In this document: positions 10,869 through 23,884 of the stretch, piece by piece | Layout: each line of letters begins with the position of its first letter | Numbering within the stretch: position 1 is the stretch's first letter | Assembly (NCBI RefSeq): GCF_963921235.1 | Contig: NC_086118.1 | Coordinates: forward strand, 12,898,001-12,962,000 | Direction: 5' to 3' | Length of the DNA: 64,000 bases | DNA from: Mobula hypostoma | Taxonomy: Eukaryota | The notes under the pieces: model-generated | Database searches by the model: none | Seen by the model: only the letters and a program-made list of their open reading frames with translations | Told to the model about the DNA's origin: nothing | Position numbers and translations under genes: made by a program

Positions 10869-11439
10869 GTGAGCCTATAAATTCATTCAATTATGTAAAT
10901 TAACAAAGCATATGGAATCATATTTCAGAGAAATAAAATGCAGATGGTGTTACTGAACCATACTCACTCCACATCACAAAGCTCAAACAAAAATAATGCC
11001 CCACTACAGCAGCAATGATTTGAATCTGCAGGAATAACTTCTGCATAAAACTTCTGGCATTTAGTTCCTTATCAAATGGCAGCAAGTTTGTAATCTCTGT
11101 ACTTATGTGGGTGAATGCAAATGTCAAAATCCTGCTGGTAAGCCTTTTTCGGTGAATTCCCAACAGCACGTCAACTCAAGTCATTTCATGAAATCCAGTA
11201 GAGCAGAAATTTTCAGAGATGCCCTGGCATTTACACAGGGAAATCCACTTATTGTAATTATCATAGCAACCTCAGTGGACGAGAACAACTGTGAGGGATT
11301 AAAGTGTTCATATTTTTAGATTTGTTTAAATTGTACACTGTTGTGTTTTTGTGCTTTAGAAGTATCAACAAAGTATTTTCATTTTATATATTGTAAATAC
11401 TTCATTAATATTTCAAACAAGTTAACAAGCTTTATATTT

Positions 11440-11598
11440 GCAACACACACAAGATGCTAGAGGTCCTGATGAAAGGTCTCATCCCCAAATGGTGCCTGTT
11501 TACTCCTTTCCATAGATGCTGCCTGGCCTGCTGAGTTCCTCCAGCATTTTGTGGGTGTTGCATTGGATTTCCAGCATCTGCAGAATTTCTCATGTTTG
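11440..11598 (+). mobile_element. Short Penelope-like terminal remnant with a short inverted arm
   Basis: GCAACACACACAAGATGCT...AGCATTTTGTGGGTGTTGC inverted pair, plus a decayed CTGATGA..GGTCTC hammerhead core. Confidence 0.65.
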
Positions 11599-11949
11599 AA
11601 ATTTTAAGTCTGTATAGTTTTGGAATTTGTTTGATTGCTTCTGAATTTTTCTAATTCTGAGTTTAGGAACTTCCTGCAAATGTCAGAAAAATGAATGAAT
11701 AAGAAACCTTGACATAAAACACACTTTTCTGTGAGGATTTCCACTCTGGCGTAAGGAATGATGTAGTAAGTACCCTGACCTCCTGTAAGGATATAAAATT
11801 TCTGCATTGCCCTGTTGGTCAGGGACTCTCCCTCTCAGTGGAGATTATTTTTTGTTGTGGGTTTGGTTGATTCTTGGAATATACGATCTTCTTGTCATGT
11901 ACCTTATTCACCAGGATTTGTATATCTCTTTGGCCGAATGTGGAATCTT

Positions 11950-12530
11950 TCTTTACTTTACTTTATTGTCGCCAAACAAGAGCGTACAATCATCACAGTG
12001 ATATTTGATTCTGCGCTTTGTGCTCCCTGGAGTACAAATCGATAGTAAATAATAAAAATTTAAATTATAAATCATAAATAGGAAATAGAAAAGGGAAAGA
12101 AAGGTAGTGCAAAAAAAACCGAGAGGCAGGTCTGGCTATTTGGAGGTACGGCCCAGATCCGGGTCAGGATTCGTTCAGCAGTCTTATCACAGTTGGAAAG
12201 AAGCTGTTCCCAAATCTGGCCATACGAGTCTTCAAGCTCCTGAACCTTCTCCTCGAGGGAAGAGGGACGAAAAGTGTGTTGGCTGGGTGGGTCGTGTCTT
12301 TGATTATCCTGGCAGCACTGCTCCGACAGCGTGCGGTGTAAAGTGAGTCCAAGGACGGAAGATTGGTTTGTGTGATGTGCTGCGCTGTGCTCACGATCTT
12401 CTGCAGCTTCTTCCGGTGTTGGACAGGACAACTTCCATACCAGGTTGTGATGCACCTTGGAAGAATGTTTTCTACGGTGCATCTATAAAAATTAGTGAGG
12501 GTTTTAGGGGACAGGCCAAATCTTTCTGTG
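11950..12530 (-). mobile_element. Rex1/Babar-like LINE 3' end
   Basis: FGLSPKTLTNFYRCTVENIL...ITTWYG...SFFPTVIRLLN, followed by a (GTAAA)n tail. Confidence 0.8.
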
Positions 12531-12597
12531 TCTATCTGACTGTTTGATCTCTCCATGTCATCGAAAGTTTGGGCTGCAGTTGTACATCTGACAAGGG

Positions 12598-13100
12598 GTT
12601 TAATCTGAATCAGAATCAGGTATAATATCACTGGCATATGTTGTGAATTATTTTCTTATGCAACAGCAGTACACTGTAATGCATAATAAAACTGGCTGAT
12701 GGGGATTGTTAACAATGGACGCCGTCTTTTTCAAGCATCGCTCCTTGAAGATGTCCTGAATGCTGGGGTGGCTAGTGCCCATGATGGAGCTGACTGGGTT
12801 CACAACTTTCTGCAGTTTATTTCAATCCTATGCAGCCCCCATGCCATACCATTTAGTGATGCAGCCAGTTACCATTCTCTCCATGGTATATCTGTAGAAA
12901 GTTGTGTGCATGTTTGGTGATATATCAAATCTCCTCTAACTCCTAATGAAGTATAGCCACTTCCGTGCTTTTTTTGTAACTGCATCGATATGTTAAGATC
13001 AGGATCGATGTTCTGAGATGTTGACCCTCAGGAACTTGAAATTGTTCTTTCTTCACACTTCTAATCCCTCTACGAGGACTAGTGTGTATTCTGTCATCTT
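12598..13100 (-). mobile_element. Degenerate Rex1/L2-like LINE 3' remnant
   Basis: (TCTGAT)n-type tail on the minus strand and decayed RT C-terminal sequence similar to 15720-15915. Confidence 0.55.
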
Positions 13101-13703
13101 ACAATGGGTGTGTTTTTAAGGGCTGACACTCTTCTCTGAATGTCAGGGGGATGCATGAAATTGCATTAGATTTCACTGGGAATCACACACATCTCCTTCC
13201 AGAGCTGTTTCTCCTGCTCTCAGCATTAACTGCTCCAGCACTTTTATACGTAGCCTTTAGAACAGCTTTGTGACATTTTTAATGAGAGACTAGATTGGGT
13301 GTTAAAAGTAAGCTTGCATAAAGATGCAATCCAATTTCTAGGCACATAAATTGAGATTAATAGCTTTCTCTGCTACTATGCATACTATTTGTACCTTAGT
13401 GTGCATGGATATTTTCTACTTGTAGGGTTGTTAAATATTGTGTCCCAGTTTAATTTCTAATGCTAGAGAGTGTCAGCACTGCATGTCCTGGTTATATTTC
13501 ATTTTATAGGCACCTACATCATGAATAATGCCCTTGAAACCCAAAAGAATGGAGAATGTTAAATAGCTGAGTTGCAAACTTAGCAATCAATAAGCTGTCA
13601 GGTTGTTCAGATATGGAGCAGAAGCCCTTCCGCCAAATAACTTAACCCACAGTTAATGTCTTGAAATCCTGTCATGTTTTACAATCATATTATTATGAGC
13701 AGT

Positions 13704-13777
13704 AGAATAAACCCTAGTTACATACTAACAGCACCAGGTCAGAATAAACCCTAGTTACATACTAACAGCACCAGATC
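13704..13777 (+). repeat. 37-bp tandem duplication
   Basis: AGAATAAACCCTAGTTACATACTAACAGCACCAG(G/A)TC occurs twice. Confidence 0.95.
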
Positions 13778-13925
13778 AGAAATAGGTTGCTATATTGTTT
13801 TTCTATTTTCCAATTGCACATATTACACTTGATAGGTAGCTGGATATTATTAGGATCCAATCAGCGTGAGCTTGAATAAATTTGTGGTCTTTAATTCCAG
13901 CTGATATATTTTGGGAAATATTCCT

Positions 13926-14070
13926 AGAGTCATAGAAAAGTACAGCACAGAAACAGGCCCTTTAACTCATCTAGTCCGTGTTGAACCATTTAAACTGCCT
14001 ATTCCCACTGACTTGCTCCTGGACCATAGCCTTCCACACCCCTACCATCCATGTCCCTATCCAAACTTTA
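13926..14070 (-). mobile_element. CR1 3' UTR remnant
   Basis: CATAGAAAAGTACAGCACAGAAACAGGCCC, typical of the CR1 3' ends in this window. Confidence 0.6.
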
Positions 14071-14529
14071 TACCACGATAAGCACTGAGCTTCCAAATGA
14101 TATGTAAATCTATTATTCATTTTTAATATGCTTGGAGGAGAGGGTAGCTGAACAGATGGAATTGAATTCTATGGTTACTTTCTCAAGATCCAGATGAGTT
14201 TAGGAATTTTATCACATTTAGCTCTTTCTCTGGGCCTTTCTACATCAGGGATATTTCATCAGGTAATTCTGAGCATGTCACCCTTGCACCTCAACACAGT
14301 TTTTGCAGCTGAGAAACATAAGATGATGTCATTCCCTATGCAACACATCTTTTGAAGCATTGTAAGGAAAGCTAGACAATGTTGTCTCATGAGGTACCTT
14401 TGTCCAATACTCTCAGGATAATGAGAACCCTACAACGCAGTGCTTAGTTAAGACAGATATCTTTGAATCATTCTGGTTACTTCCTCACAGTACACTGACC
14501 CTTACCTCATCACTACTACAGTAATACTC

Positions 14530-14800
14530 CCGACTTTCCAATCAGACAATCCCACAATTCTCTGAGGCTCCTGACACCATCCCCCAGTACAAACCCCTTC
14601 CCTGCCATTTCTGTTCCTTGGCTGTTTTTTTTTCAGTGCTCCCCAGTCTCTTACAGTGTCAATCAAACTTTGTCCAATCCAGATGAAGGGTCCCGACATG
14701 AAGCAATGACTGTTTATTTCACCTCTGCAGATGCTGTCTGGCCTGTTTAGTTACTTCAGTTTCTTATGCGATGTTCCAAATTGCAGCATCTACAGTAATT
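14530..14800 (+). mobile_element. Old Penelope-like remnant
   Basis: Decayed GATGAAGGGTCCCGACATGAAGC core followed by GATGCTGTCTGGCCTG. Confidence 0.5.
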
Positions 14801-14865
14801 TTTGGCTTCAGTTAATTTGGTCCCTCTATTCACCAAATCCCACCTCTCTGAAGATAACACTCCAA

Positions 14866-14867
<2 letters not shown>

Positions 14868-14914
<47 letters not shown>
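14868..14914 (+). repeat. (CT)n microsatellite
   Basis: Directly visible. Confidence 0.95.
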
Positions 14915-14915
<1 letters not shown>

Positions 14916-15225
14916 ACATCAATAAAGACCCCTCACACCCTCTTCATGAACTGTTTTTTCTTCTGCCATCAGGCAAACGTTACAGGAGCATCAAAACGAA
15001 AACCACAAGGCTACTAAACAGCTTCCTCCCACAGGCAGTCAGACTGCTAAATAGCTGCTCTACCTGACTCTGCTTTGGACACTTTTAACTTGCACTGGAC
15101 ACTTATAACTTGATTTTAACTGACATGTGGCTGTTGTGTTTTACTATTTATTGTTATGCTTATTATTTAGTGTTGCCTTTGTTATGTTATGATTGCACTG
15201 CTCCTGGGAAATGCTGTTCTTTCTC
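14915..15225 (+). mobile_element. Rex1/Babar-like 3' fragment
   Basis: IKTPHT...LPSGKRYRSIK..TTRLLNSFLPQAVRLLN-like decayed coding sequence. Confidence 0.6.
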
Positions 15226-15719
15226 TCTTTCTCTCCGTCCCCCCCCCCCCAACTGTAATCCCTGTCCACACTCTCCTGGTAGGAGATAGCTATCTCTCCC
15301 ACATCCTCTCCACAAAGCCTGACCAGGGCACAGACCTGATCCATCTCCCATCCCATATAGGTAGAAGCACAGATTTTTCTCCTCTCTCAAAACCACATGG
15401 CCCCTGATACCTCTTCACTCCTCTATACCCATGAACTCTGAACACCGCAGAGGAATGAACATAGCTCTGACCACCAGCCATTCTGAACTATTAAATCTGG
15501 TCTTCAAATAGCACATTTTCAATCCCAAAAGTAGATAGCACTAATTCAGCTTTACAAGAGACCTTGGATCTCAGGCATATCTATTGTGAATCTCATGACT
15601 AAACTTTTCTGTGGACTACCCCTGAAAGCCTACCTCACAAACCAGTTTGAATGCAATGGAACCGCTAGCCTCCAATGTCCAATTGAGATGTGCTTTCCAC
15701 AGTGATACCTGCTCAATAT

Positions 15720-17292
15720 GGAGAAAACAACGAGATTAGCATATGAGGTGGAGAATATATGAAAGGATGTGAGATGGAGAGAGGGTCAGCAACTTTAAAT
15801 TCCTCAGTGTTATAATTTCAGAGAATCTGTCCTGTGCCCAGCACATAAGAGTCATTATGAAGAAAGCATTGTAACACCTTCAGTTCCTTAGAAATTCCCT
15901 TAGATTTCAGCATGACATAGAAACATAGAAACATAGAAAACCTACAGCACAATACAGGCCCCTCGGCCCACAAAGTTGTGTCAAACATGTCCCTACCTTA
16001 GAAATTACTAGGCTTACCTATAGCCCTCTATTTTTCCAAGCTCTATGTACCTATCTCTTAAAAGACCCTATCGTATCCGCCTCCACCACCGTTGCCGGCA
16101 GCCCATTCCACGCACTCACCGCTCTCTGAGTAAAAAACTTATCCCTGACATCTCCTCCGTACCTACTCCCCAACAACTTAAAACTGTGTCCTCTTGTGGC
16201 AACCATTTCAGCCCTGGGAAAAAGCCTCTGACTATCCACACGGTCAATGCCTCTCATCATCTTATACACCTCTATCAGGTCACCTCTCATCCTCCATCGC
16301 TCCAAGAAGAAAAGGCCAAGTTCACTCAACCTATTCTCATAAGGCATGCTCCCCAATCCAGGCAACATCCTTGTAAATCTCCTCTGCACCCTTTCCATGG
16401 CTTCCACATCCATCCTGTAATGAGGCGACCAGAACTGAGCACAGTACTCCAAGTGGGGTCTGACCAGGGTCCTATATAACTGCAACATTACCTCTTGGCT
16501 CCTAAATTCAATTCTACGATTGATGAAGGCCAATACACCGTACGCCTTCTTAATCACAGAGTCAACTTGTGCAGCTGCTTTGAGCGTCCTATGGACTCGG
16601 ACAGCAAGATCCCTCTGATCCTCCACACTGCCAAGAGTCTTACCATTAATACTATATTCTGCCATCATATTTGACCAACCAAAATGAACCACCTCACACT
16701 TATAACTTCTAAAACTTTTACAAACTTCTATAAATGAGATTATTGACTGGCTGAATCACAACCTGGTATTGAAACACCAATGCCCTTGAATGGAAAATCG
16801 TACAAAAATAGTAGTAACGGTCTCCCCACCATTGAGCACAGGAAAATAGCATCCACACAGTCCATGCTCTCTTCTCACTGCTGCCATCAGGAAGAAGGTA
16901 TTGGAGCCTCAGGATCCACACCACCAGATTCAGGAACAGTTATTACCCCTCAACCATCAGACTCTTGAACCAGAGGAGATAAATTCACTCAACTTCACTT
17001 GTCCCATCATTAAACTGTTACCATAACCTGTGGACTCACTTTCAAGAACTCTTCATCTCATGTTCTCAATTTTTATTTCTCCTTTATATATTATTATTAT
17101 TTCTCTTTCATATTTGTACAGTTGTTGTCCTTTGCACATTGGTTGTTTGTCTGTCCTGTTGGATGTCGTCTTTCATTGGCTCTATTGTGTCTCTTTGTAT
17201 TTGCTGTGAATGCCAAGTTCATGACTCTCAGGATTGAATATAATGACATATACAGTGTGTACTTAGATAATAAATATATTTTGAACTTTGAC
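15720..17292 (+). mobile_element. Rex1/Babar-like LINE 3' part, split by a CR1 insertion
   Basis: RVSNFKFLSVIISENLS... before 15915 and LLPSGRRY...RFRNSYYP after 16700, ending in a (TTTGAAC) tail. Confidence 0.65.
15916..16700 (-). mobile_element. 5'-truncated CR1 LINE
   Basis: ORF 16051-16692 contains LVRPHLEYCAQFWSP and RGDLIEVYK. Tail (CATAGAAA)n at 15916-15939. Confidence 0.92.
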
Positions 17293-19295
17293 TATACAGA
17301 CTTCTGATTCAATTTCAAAAGTATCAAATGATTAATTAAATTTAATTAATACTGATGTAACCATACTTAAAGGCTATCATTGATTGTAGATACATTATTT
17401 AACATGTTAGTTAACAAGGAGAGAGAAGATACTCTGAACAGAGATGACTTCAGCATTACAGTGCCATTTTGGGGGCAATAGGGCAATTATTCTCATCATC
17501 CGAGATTGTTAGCCTTACTTGTAAATGCCCCCTTCACTGGCCAACAAGCTCATTTATTTTGTTCAGCTCCACCTATTCACGTTTTTTTTAAGAAATAGGA
17601 TATTTTTAATGGAGTCCATTCCAGATCCTGAAAAAAAATCCTATCTCTTTAAACTGAGGTAAACTGTGCTCAGATTGATGGCTGAAGGAATATATGCCTT
17701 AATGACTATGGGGGTGGGGGGGCTTGATTTTGAAATGTGTTTTTCTTTAATCTTCGAAGAACGTGGCATATATTGACTCACTCCTGAGGTAATTTTATTG
17801 TTATCTAAAGACCTTTGTACTATTTCTTTGGATTTGAATTTTAAGTCTACTGATATATACCAAGGTAATATTTGGTCAGTTCCTTTTTTCCCTATGGTAC
17901 TGTACTTTCTTTTGGTCTCTCTCTGCTTCTGATTACAGAACTAGCCGATACGTTTTCATGTTTGCCCCTATTTGTCTGAATTGTATTGTGTTCAAATTAC
18001 TGGGTGACTGTGTCCAATTTCTCTGTGGCTTCTTTCTCTGAAGGGCTAACAAATTCACATTGGTTTCAAGGCTAAAATTTCCGGGCACTGAACCCCAATT
18101 TGCTGGTTTGTCTTTATCTCCTGTTTTAGTGGTACTGAGGTGTCGCATGAGCCAAATTCTTTTGCTGTTACCTGACCCTTCTACTCTATGATAAGGTGTG
18201 GCACTGTTCAGATTGAATTAGTGACAGTGTCCCCTATAAGTATTTATATTAGAAACAGTCTGCTCAATGATAGCACTTTTGCCTCTGCATCAAAAGTCCT
18301 AAGTGCAAGCACTTTTTTTAAGCATCTGATTACTTAACAAGAATCAATGTAAAATAAACATTGCTGGTGTAGGATTGTGTAAGTGGGGTTTAATAGTTGC
18401 AGTGGATGCCTGAGGTTACTTGGCCAGTCCTGAAACAGAAGCCCGTGATCAGCATGTCCTGGAATGAAGCCCAGAAGATGTCCGAGTTTGGTGAGTCCAG
18501 ATGTTGAAAACCAGAGGTTGAAGCCTCGAGGTTGGTAGGTTTGGAGGTCAGAAGCCTGACAACGGCAAGTCTGGGACCACAATCTGTAGACTGAGGGCTG
18601 GAGTCAGTCTGACCCTCTGGAGGCCTATCTGCGTATGTGAGTGTCTGTATGTTGGAGGGGTGGGGGGAGGTGGTCTAAAGGGTTTGTTTTCTTGTTGTTG
18701 CTTGTCCTATACTGGCTGCGTGTTGTTCTGTTGAACATTGTGGGCATGCTAAAAGCCATCCCCAGCACAAAGTTAAATTGCGTTGGTTGTTAACAAAAAC
18801 AACTCTTTTCACTGTATGTTTCAGTGTATATGTGAGTAATAAATATACCTAATCTAATCCAATCTAACCTAATCAGTGGCCAAAGGATCAGTTTCTCTCC
18901 TATATGGATTGATCAATGATTCTATGTTATAGGATGAAACTTTATTGAAATATAATAGGAGGGTTAGAAGAAACCTTAAACCAAACCCCAAAGTCTCTCT
19001 CAGATACAAGTAAAGCACCTTATGGCAATATTTGTGGACTCACTTTTGGGCATTTTTTCATGGGCCCTCATTAGTATCCACAGCTCAATCACTAGCTCGA
19101 AATGTGAACTATGTTAACTCACAGCTCTCTGTGAAGGTTGATTGTGAGATTTCTTGCACTATTTAGGTGATCACAGTTGAAAATTATAAATCGTCTGTGA
19201 AACACTTTATAAAGATAGTTAAAAATCCTTCATTAGTCTCCATTCAGCAAATTTGGACCAGACAAAGCTTCAAACAAAAAAGAATGTTTAAAATA

Positions 19296-20545
19296 TCCAC
19301 AAAATGCTGGAGCAACTCAGCAGGCCAGGCGGCATCTATGGAAAAGAGCAAACAGTTGGTGTTTTGGGCCGGAACACTTCTTCAGGACTAGAAAGGAGAA
19401 AAGTCAGAAGGTGGGGAAAGGAAAGGAAGAAGGACAAGGTGGCAGGAACCTGGGAGAAGAGGAGGGGAGGGGCTGAAATAAAGAGCTGGGAAGTTGATTG
19501 GTGAAAGAGATAAAGGACTGAAGGAGGGGGAATCTGATAGAAGAGATCAAGAAATCGATGTTCGTGCCATCAGCTTGGAGGCGACCCAGATGGAATATAA
19601 AATATTGCTCGTCCAACCTGAGTGTGGCCTCTTCGTGATGGTAGAGGAGGCCATGGACTGACATGCAGGAATGAGAAGTGGAATTGAAATGAGTGACTGC
19701 AGGGAGATTCCACATTTTTTGTCAGATAGAGCAGACGTGCTCAGGGACGCAGTGTTCCAATCTACTTCGGTATATACAGTACCGATATACAGGAGGCCAC
19801 TCTGGGAGCACCTGATGCAGTAGGTGACCCTAACAGACTTGTAGGTGAAGTATCATATCACCTGGAAGGACTGTTTGGGGCCCTGGGTAGTAAGGGAGCA
19901 GGTGTAGGGGAAGGTGTGGCACTTGTTCCACTTGCAAGGATGGTGCCAGGAGGGAGATCCGCGGGGAGGGATGTGTTAACAAGGGAATCACGTAGGGAGC
20001 AATCAATCCCATTCCCATTCCAAATGTCAATCCATGGCTTCCTCTACTACCACGATGAGACCACACTTAAGTTGGAGGAGCAATACCTTATATTCCATCT
20101 GGGTAGCCTCCAACCTGATGGCATGAACACTGATTTCTCGAACTTATATTAATTGCCCTCCCCTTGTCCTTCACCTTTCCCCATTCCTGTTTCCCTCTCT
20201 CATCTTATCTCCTTACCTGCTCATCATGTCCCTCTTGTGCTCCTTTATCTTCCCTTTTATCCAAGGTCTCCAATCCTCTCCTGTCAGATTCACCCTCCTT
20301 CAACCCCTTACCTCCTTCACCAATCAACTTCACAGCTTTTTACTTCACCTCCTCCCACTGTCCCAATTTCACCTTTCATCTACCACCTTGTACTACTTCC
20401 TCCCCTCCCCCTACCTTCTCACTCTGATTTCTCCAATTCCATTCCAGCTCTGAAGAAGGGTCTCGGCCTGAAATGTTAACTCTTTAATCCTTTCCATGGA
20501 TGCTGCCTGACCTGCTAAGTTTCTCCAAATTTTCTTGTGTTTGCT
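19296..20545. mobile_element. Penelope-like element remnant in inverted (tail-out) arrangement with GIY-YIG endonuclease traces
   Basis: Minus arm 19296-~20000 (VTHFNSTSHS..HGLLY..EATLRLDEQYFIFHLG) and plus arm ~20005-20545 (LKLEEQYLIFHLGSLQPDGMN). Hammerhead-like core CTGAAGAAGGGTCTCGGCCTGAAA at ~20450. Confidence 0.8.
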
Positions 20546-22069
20546 TAAAATATACTTGTTCAAGGGAAGAACGTTCCCAGCACTGTCAGCTTTTATTGTC
20601 CATCCCTAATTGTCCCTATACTGAGGAAGCAGATTGAAATCAGCTTCTTGGGTAGGTTTGTGGTCACATATCGGGCAAACTAATGAAGAATTAAGGATAT
20701 CAGTGAACCATTGATAGATGTATGGTTAGCTTTACTGAGGCTACCTTTTTCTTATAAAGATAGAAAATGTGTAAGCACTCAGCAGTTCATATAGAATCTG
20801 AAAAAAGCGTAACAGAGTTTGCTAACCCTACTTTGTTGGGGGGGGGGTGGGGAGACTACAGGTTGGGCAAGATGAATCTCAGGGTTGTATACTTTGATAA
20901 TAAATGTATTTTTAATTCTTGAATCCACATATCAAGTCAAAGATCATTTATCAGAATTGCACCTCACCCCACTTCACACCCTCCTTTCAAAGGGTTTTAG
21001 ACCTGAAACATTAATTCTGTTTCCCTTCCACACATGCTACCTAACCTGCTGTGTGTTTCCAGCAGTTTCTGGTTTTGTATCAGATTTTCAGCATTTGTGT
21101 TTTTTGATATATTTTCACCAGCTTTCTTTTCCTAATTCCAGACATTCATTTTCTTGAATCTAAGTTCCTCACCTGCCAAAGTAGGGCTTGAATTTATATC
21201 TCTGGTCCAGACTCTGGCAAACAGTTCAGTAGCTTAACCACTGCACTACTCTAACAATATCTGTCTCTCTAATAGGACAAATAAATTAAGCCTTTGCTAG
21301 CACTCTTGCCTCCAATTGGATGATTGTGGGGAAAATCCAGCTAGGTTTTGGTAGCTCGGTTTCTTATCTGGATCCACTTATCATGTTCCTGAGCAGGTTC
21401 CACCATTGCTGCCTCTTTCCTTTGCGGCTCCATTTATCACCTTGCAGACTCTGACACTGAATCTACCCTTTACCCATGCCCTCCGCCCTCACCCTATTAT
21501 GACTGGGAACTGAGCCACCAAAGAGACATTGGGGGTGTTTATAAGGTATGAAAACTCTTTATTCATCATAACATGTGGATATTTTCCTGGAGACCCTCTC
21601 AGTAGAACCTCCCAGACTCAAAGTACATCAAGTTTTTATACTCTTAAGAACAAAGGTAACAGCAGGCAACTCAGTACAATTTCTATCGTTACAATGACAT
21701 TGTTTACTTCAATATTTTGGGAGTGTTTCTATTGAGTTACATATTTACAATGGAAATGTAGAGACAAAGGAATTCTCAAGGATGGTCTAAAAACTTCTGA
21801 GCACTGAGATCCTAGCCACTGAAAACCAATAATATCAAGGTAGACTGAGTCACATATATTCCCATGATGTATAAAACAAATATGCCTACGACCATGTTTG
21901 ATGTGATGAGTGATAATCTAAGTCTGGTCTGCATGCTTGATTTCACTCATAATGAAGCAAAATAATGTAAGAGTTGCCTGGTTTGTTGCAGGGCAATTAC
22001 CATAACCCTATTGTCTTATGTTGGCTGATACAGATGAGAACATCTATGGTCACGTCTCTTTGCAAATTA

Positions 22070-22602
22070 CACTCAGCGGCCACTTCATTAGATACACTCG
22101 TACACCTACTTGTTAATGCAAATATCTAACGAGCCAATCATCTAGCAGCAATTTAACGAATGAAAGCATGCAAGCACAGTCAAGAGGTTCAGTTGTTTAG
22201 ACCAAAGGTCAGAATGGGGAAGAGATGTGATCTAAGTGACTGTGACTTTGACCCAGGTAGGGAGGGGTTGAGTATCTCAGAAACAAAGAGTATGAGATGT
22301 CCTGGAATTTTTATGCACAACAGTCTAATGTTTACAGAGAATGGTGTAACAAACAAGAAGAAAATCTAGTGCATGGCAGTTCTCTGGACAAAAGTGTTAG
22401 AGAGGGAGGTTCGACGAGAAAGGGCAGACTGATTCAAGCTGAAAAGGAAGGTGACAGTAACTCCAGTAACTACATTTACAACAGTGGTGTGCAGAAGAGC
22501 ATCTCTGAACACACACCACGTCGAACCTTGAAGTAGATAGCTACAGCAGCAGAAGACCTCACCGGGTTTCACTCCTGTACCTAATAAACTGGCCACTGAG
22601 TA
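22070..22602. mobile_element. Tc1/mariner non-autonomous element
   Basis: ~26-bp TIRs CACTCAGCGGCCACTTCATTAGATAC and GTACCTAATAAACTGGCCACTGAGTA, with a TA on the left. Transposase start remnant MGKRCDLSD. Confidence 0.8.
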
Positions 22603-23271
22603 CACATCTCTTGAGCAACAAGTAGCCTATACTCTGTTGATAGTCCTGTTTGCAATTTACATTAATAACTGAAAACTTGTACTTTTAAATTAATGCACTG
22701 GTATATTTCACCGGATTCCATAGTAATTCCATTCCTAAATCACTAATACCCTCTACCTGGCTTCACCTGCCCATCAACCTCCTCCTCACCTTGTTCCATC
22801 AATCAACTACCCGACCCAGGCTTACCTCTCTCCCTCACCTCTTTACACTATCTATCTCTCAGTCCTGATGCAGGGTCTTGCTTCACAAATGCTGGCAGAT
22901 CTGCAGAGTCCATCTAGCAGTGCATTGGTAGGAGAATGAGAGTTTTGTTTGAATCGTTGGCCTTAGCAGAATCAGATCAAACTGGATGTGTGCCTGAGGC
23001 CTGTGGGCGTACGTTCAGCACTACTTCGACAAGCACCAGCAAAGTCAATGACCTTAACATTCATCTTTGTGTTGCTTTGGGACCTCGCTGTCCACAAAAA
23101 CCTGTCACAATGCTCAGATAAGACAGTGCATCAGAATATAATTAATTGGATGTGACACAAGAGACAAAATAACCATTGATTTGTCAAGGGCTTTGGAAAG
23201 TTCCAAGACATGCAACAACAACTGGCATCAACCAGTTGGAGGTTTTATGTTTACACTGTCCCTTTTCATTA

Positions 23272-23860
23272 TGTACGAGGTCTCTTCTTTGTATGTTAAA
23301 TTTAAAATGGCTCCTTTGTTATGTTAAATGCTGAGAAAGTCTCCAGTTAGACATTTGCTTGGGTTAATACAGACAGCAGGGTGCTATCTGCCAATGGGTG
23401 TTCATGTTATCATTTCTTGGGGTGATAATGCTGTCTCATATGACTGGGAACAGGGGTTTTTGGCGGTGAGCCAGAGGAGAGCCAGAGAGGATGGCGAATG
23501 TGCTGAAAGGCTCCGGTTGATCACTCCGGATGGTGCCGAGCCGTGAGTCGACAGGGTCCCGCTGGACACCAGGAATTTCTGAGCTCCAACTTGTGCTTGA
23601 AGAACTCGGACTTTGATAAGTCTGGCACCTTTTTTTCCCATTACTTCCTTTTCTGCATCGAACTTATATTAATTTCATAGACTTAGTAATATCTATAAAG
23701 TGTGATTGGTAAAACGTACTGGGTGTGCTGGCTGATGATCGATGTTTGGGATTGATTCGAGCGACCGTGGTACAGCCACCAACCCAGCTGGAGGCGTCCA
23801 GGCGGGCGCCGGGGGGGATTTCCCCCAGATATATATGAGCCAATATAGCTGAGCATTACA
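23272..23860 (+). mobile_element. Solo LTR related to the LTRs of the 53497-57633 element
   Basis: TGTA...TACA ends. Shares TTAAAATGGCT(C/T)CTTTGTTATGTTAA.TGCTGAGAAAGT and CTTTGATAA.T.TGGC.CCTTTT with 53497-54085. Flanks ATTA/ACTA may be a mutated TSD. Confidence 0.75.
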
Positions 23861-23884
23861 ACTAAACTCCAAAATTAATTAACT

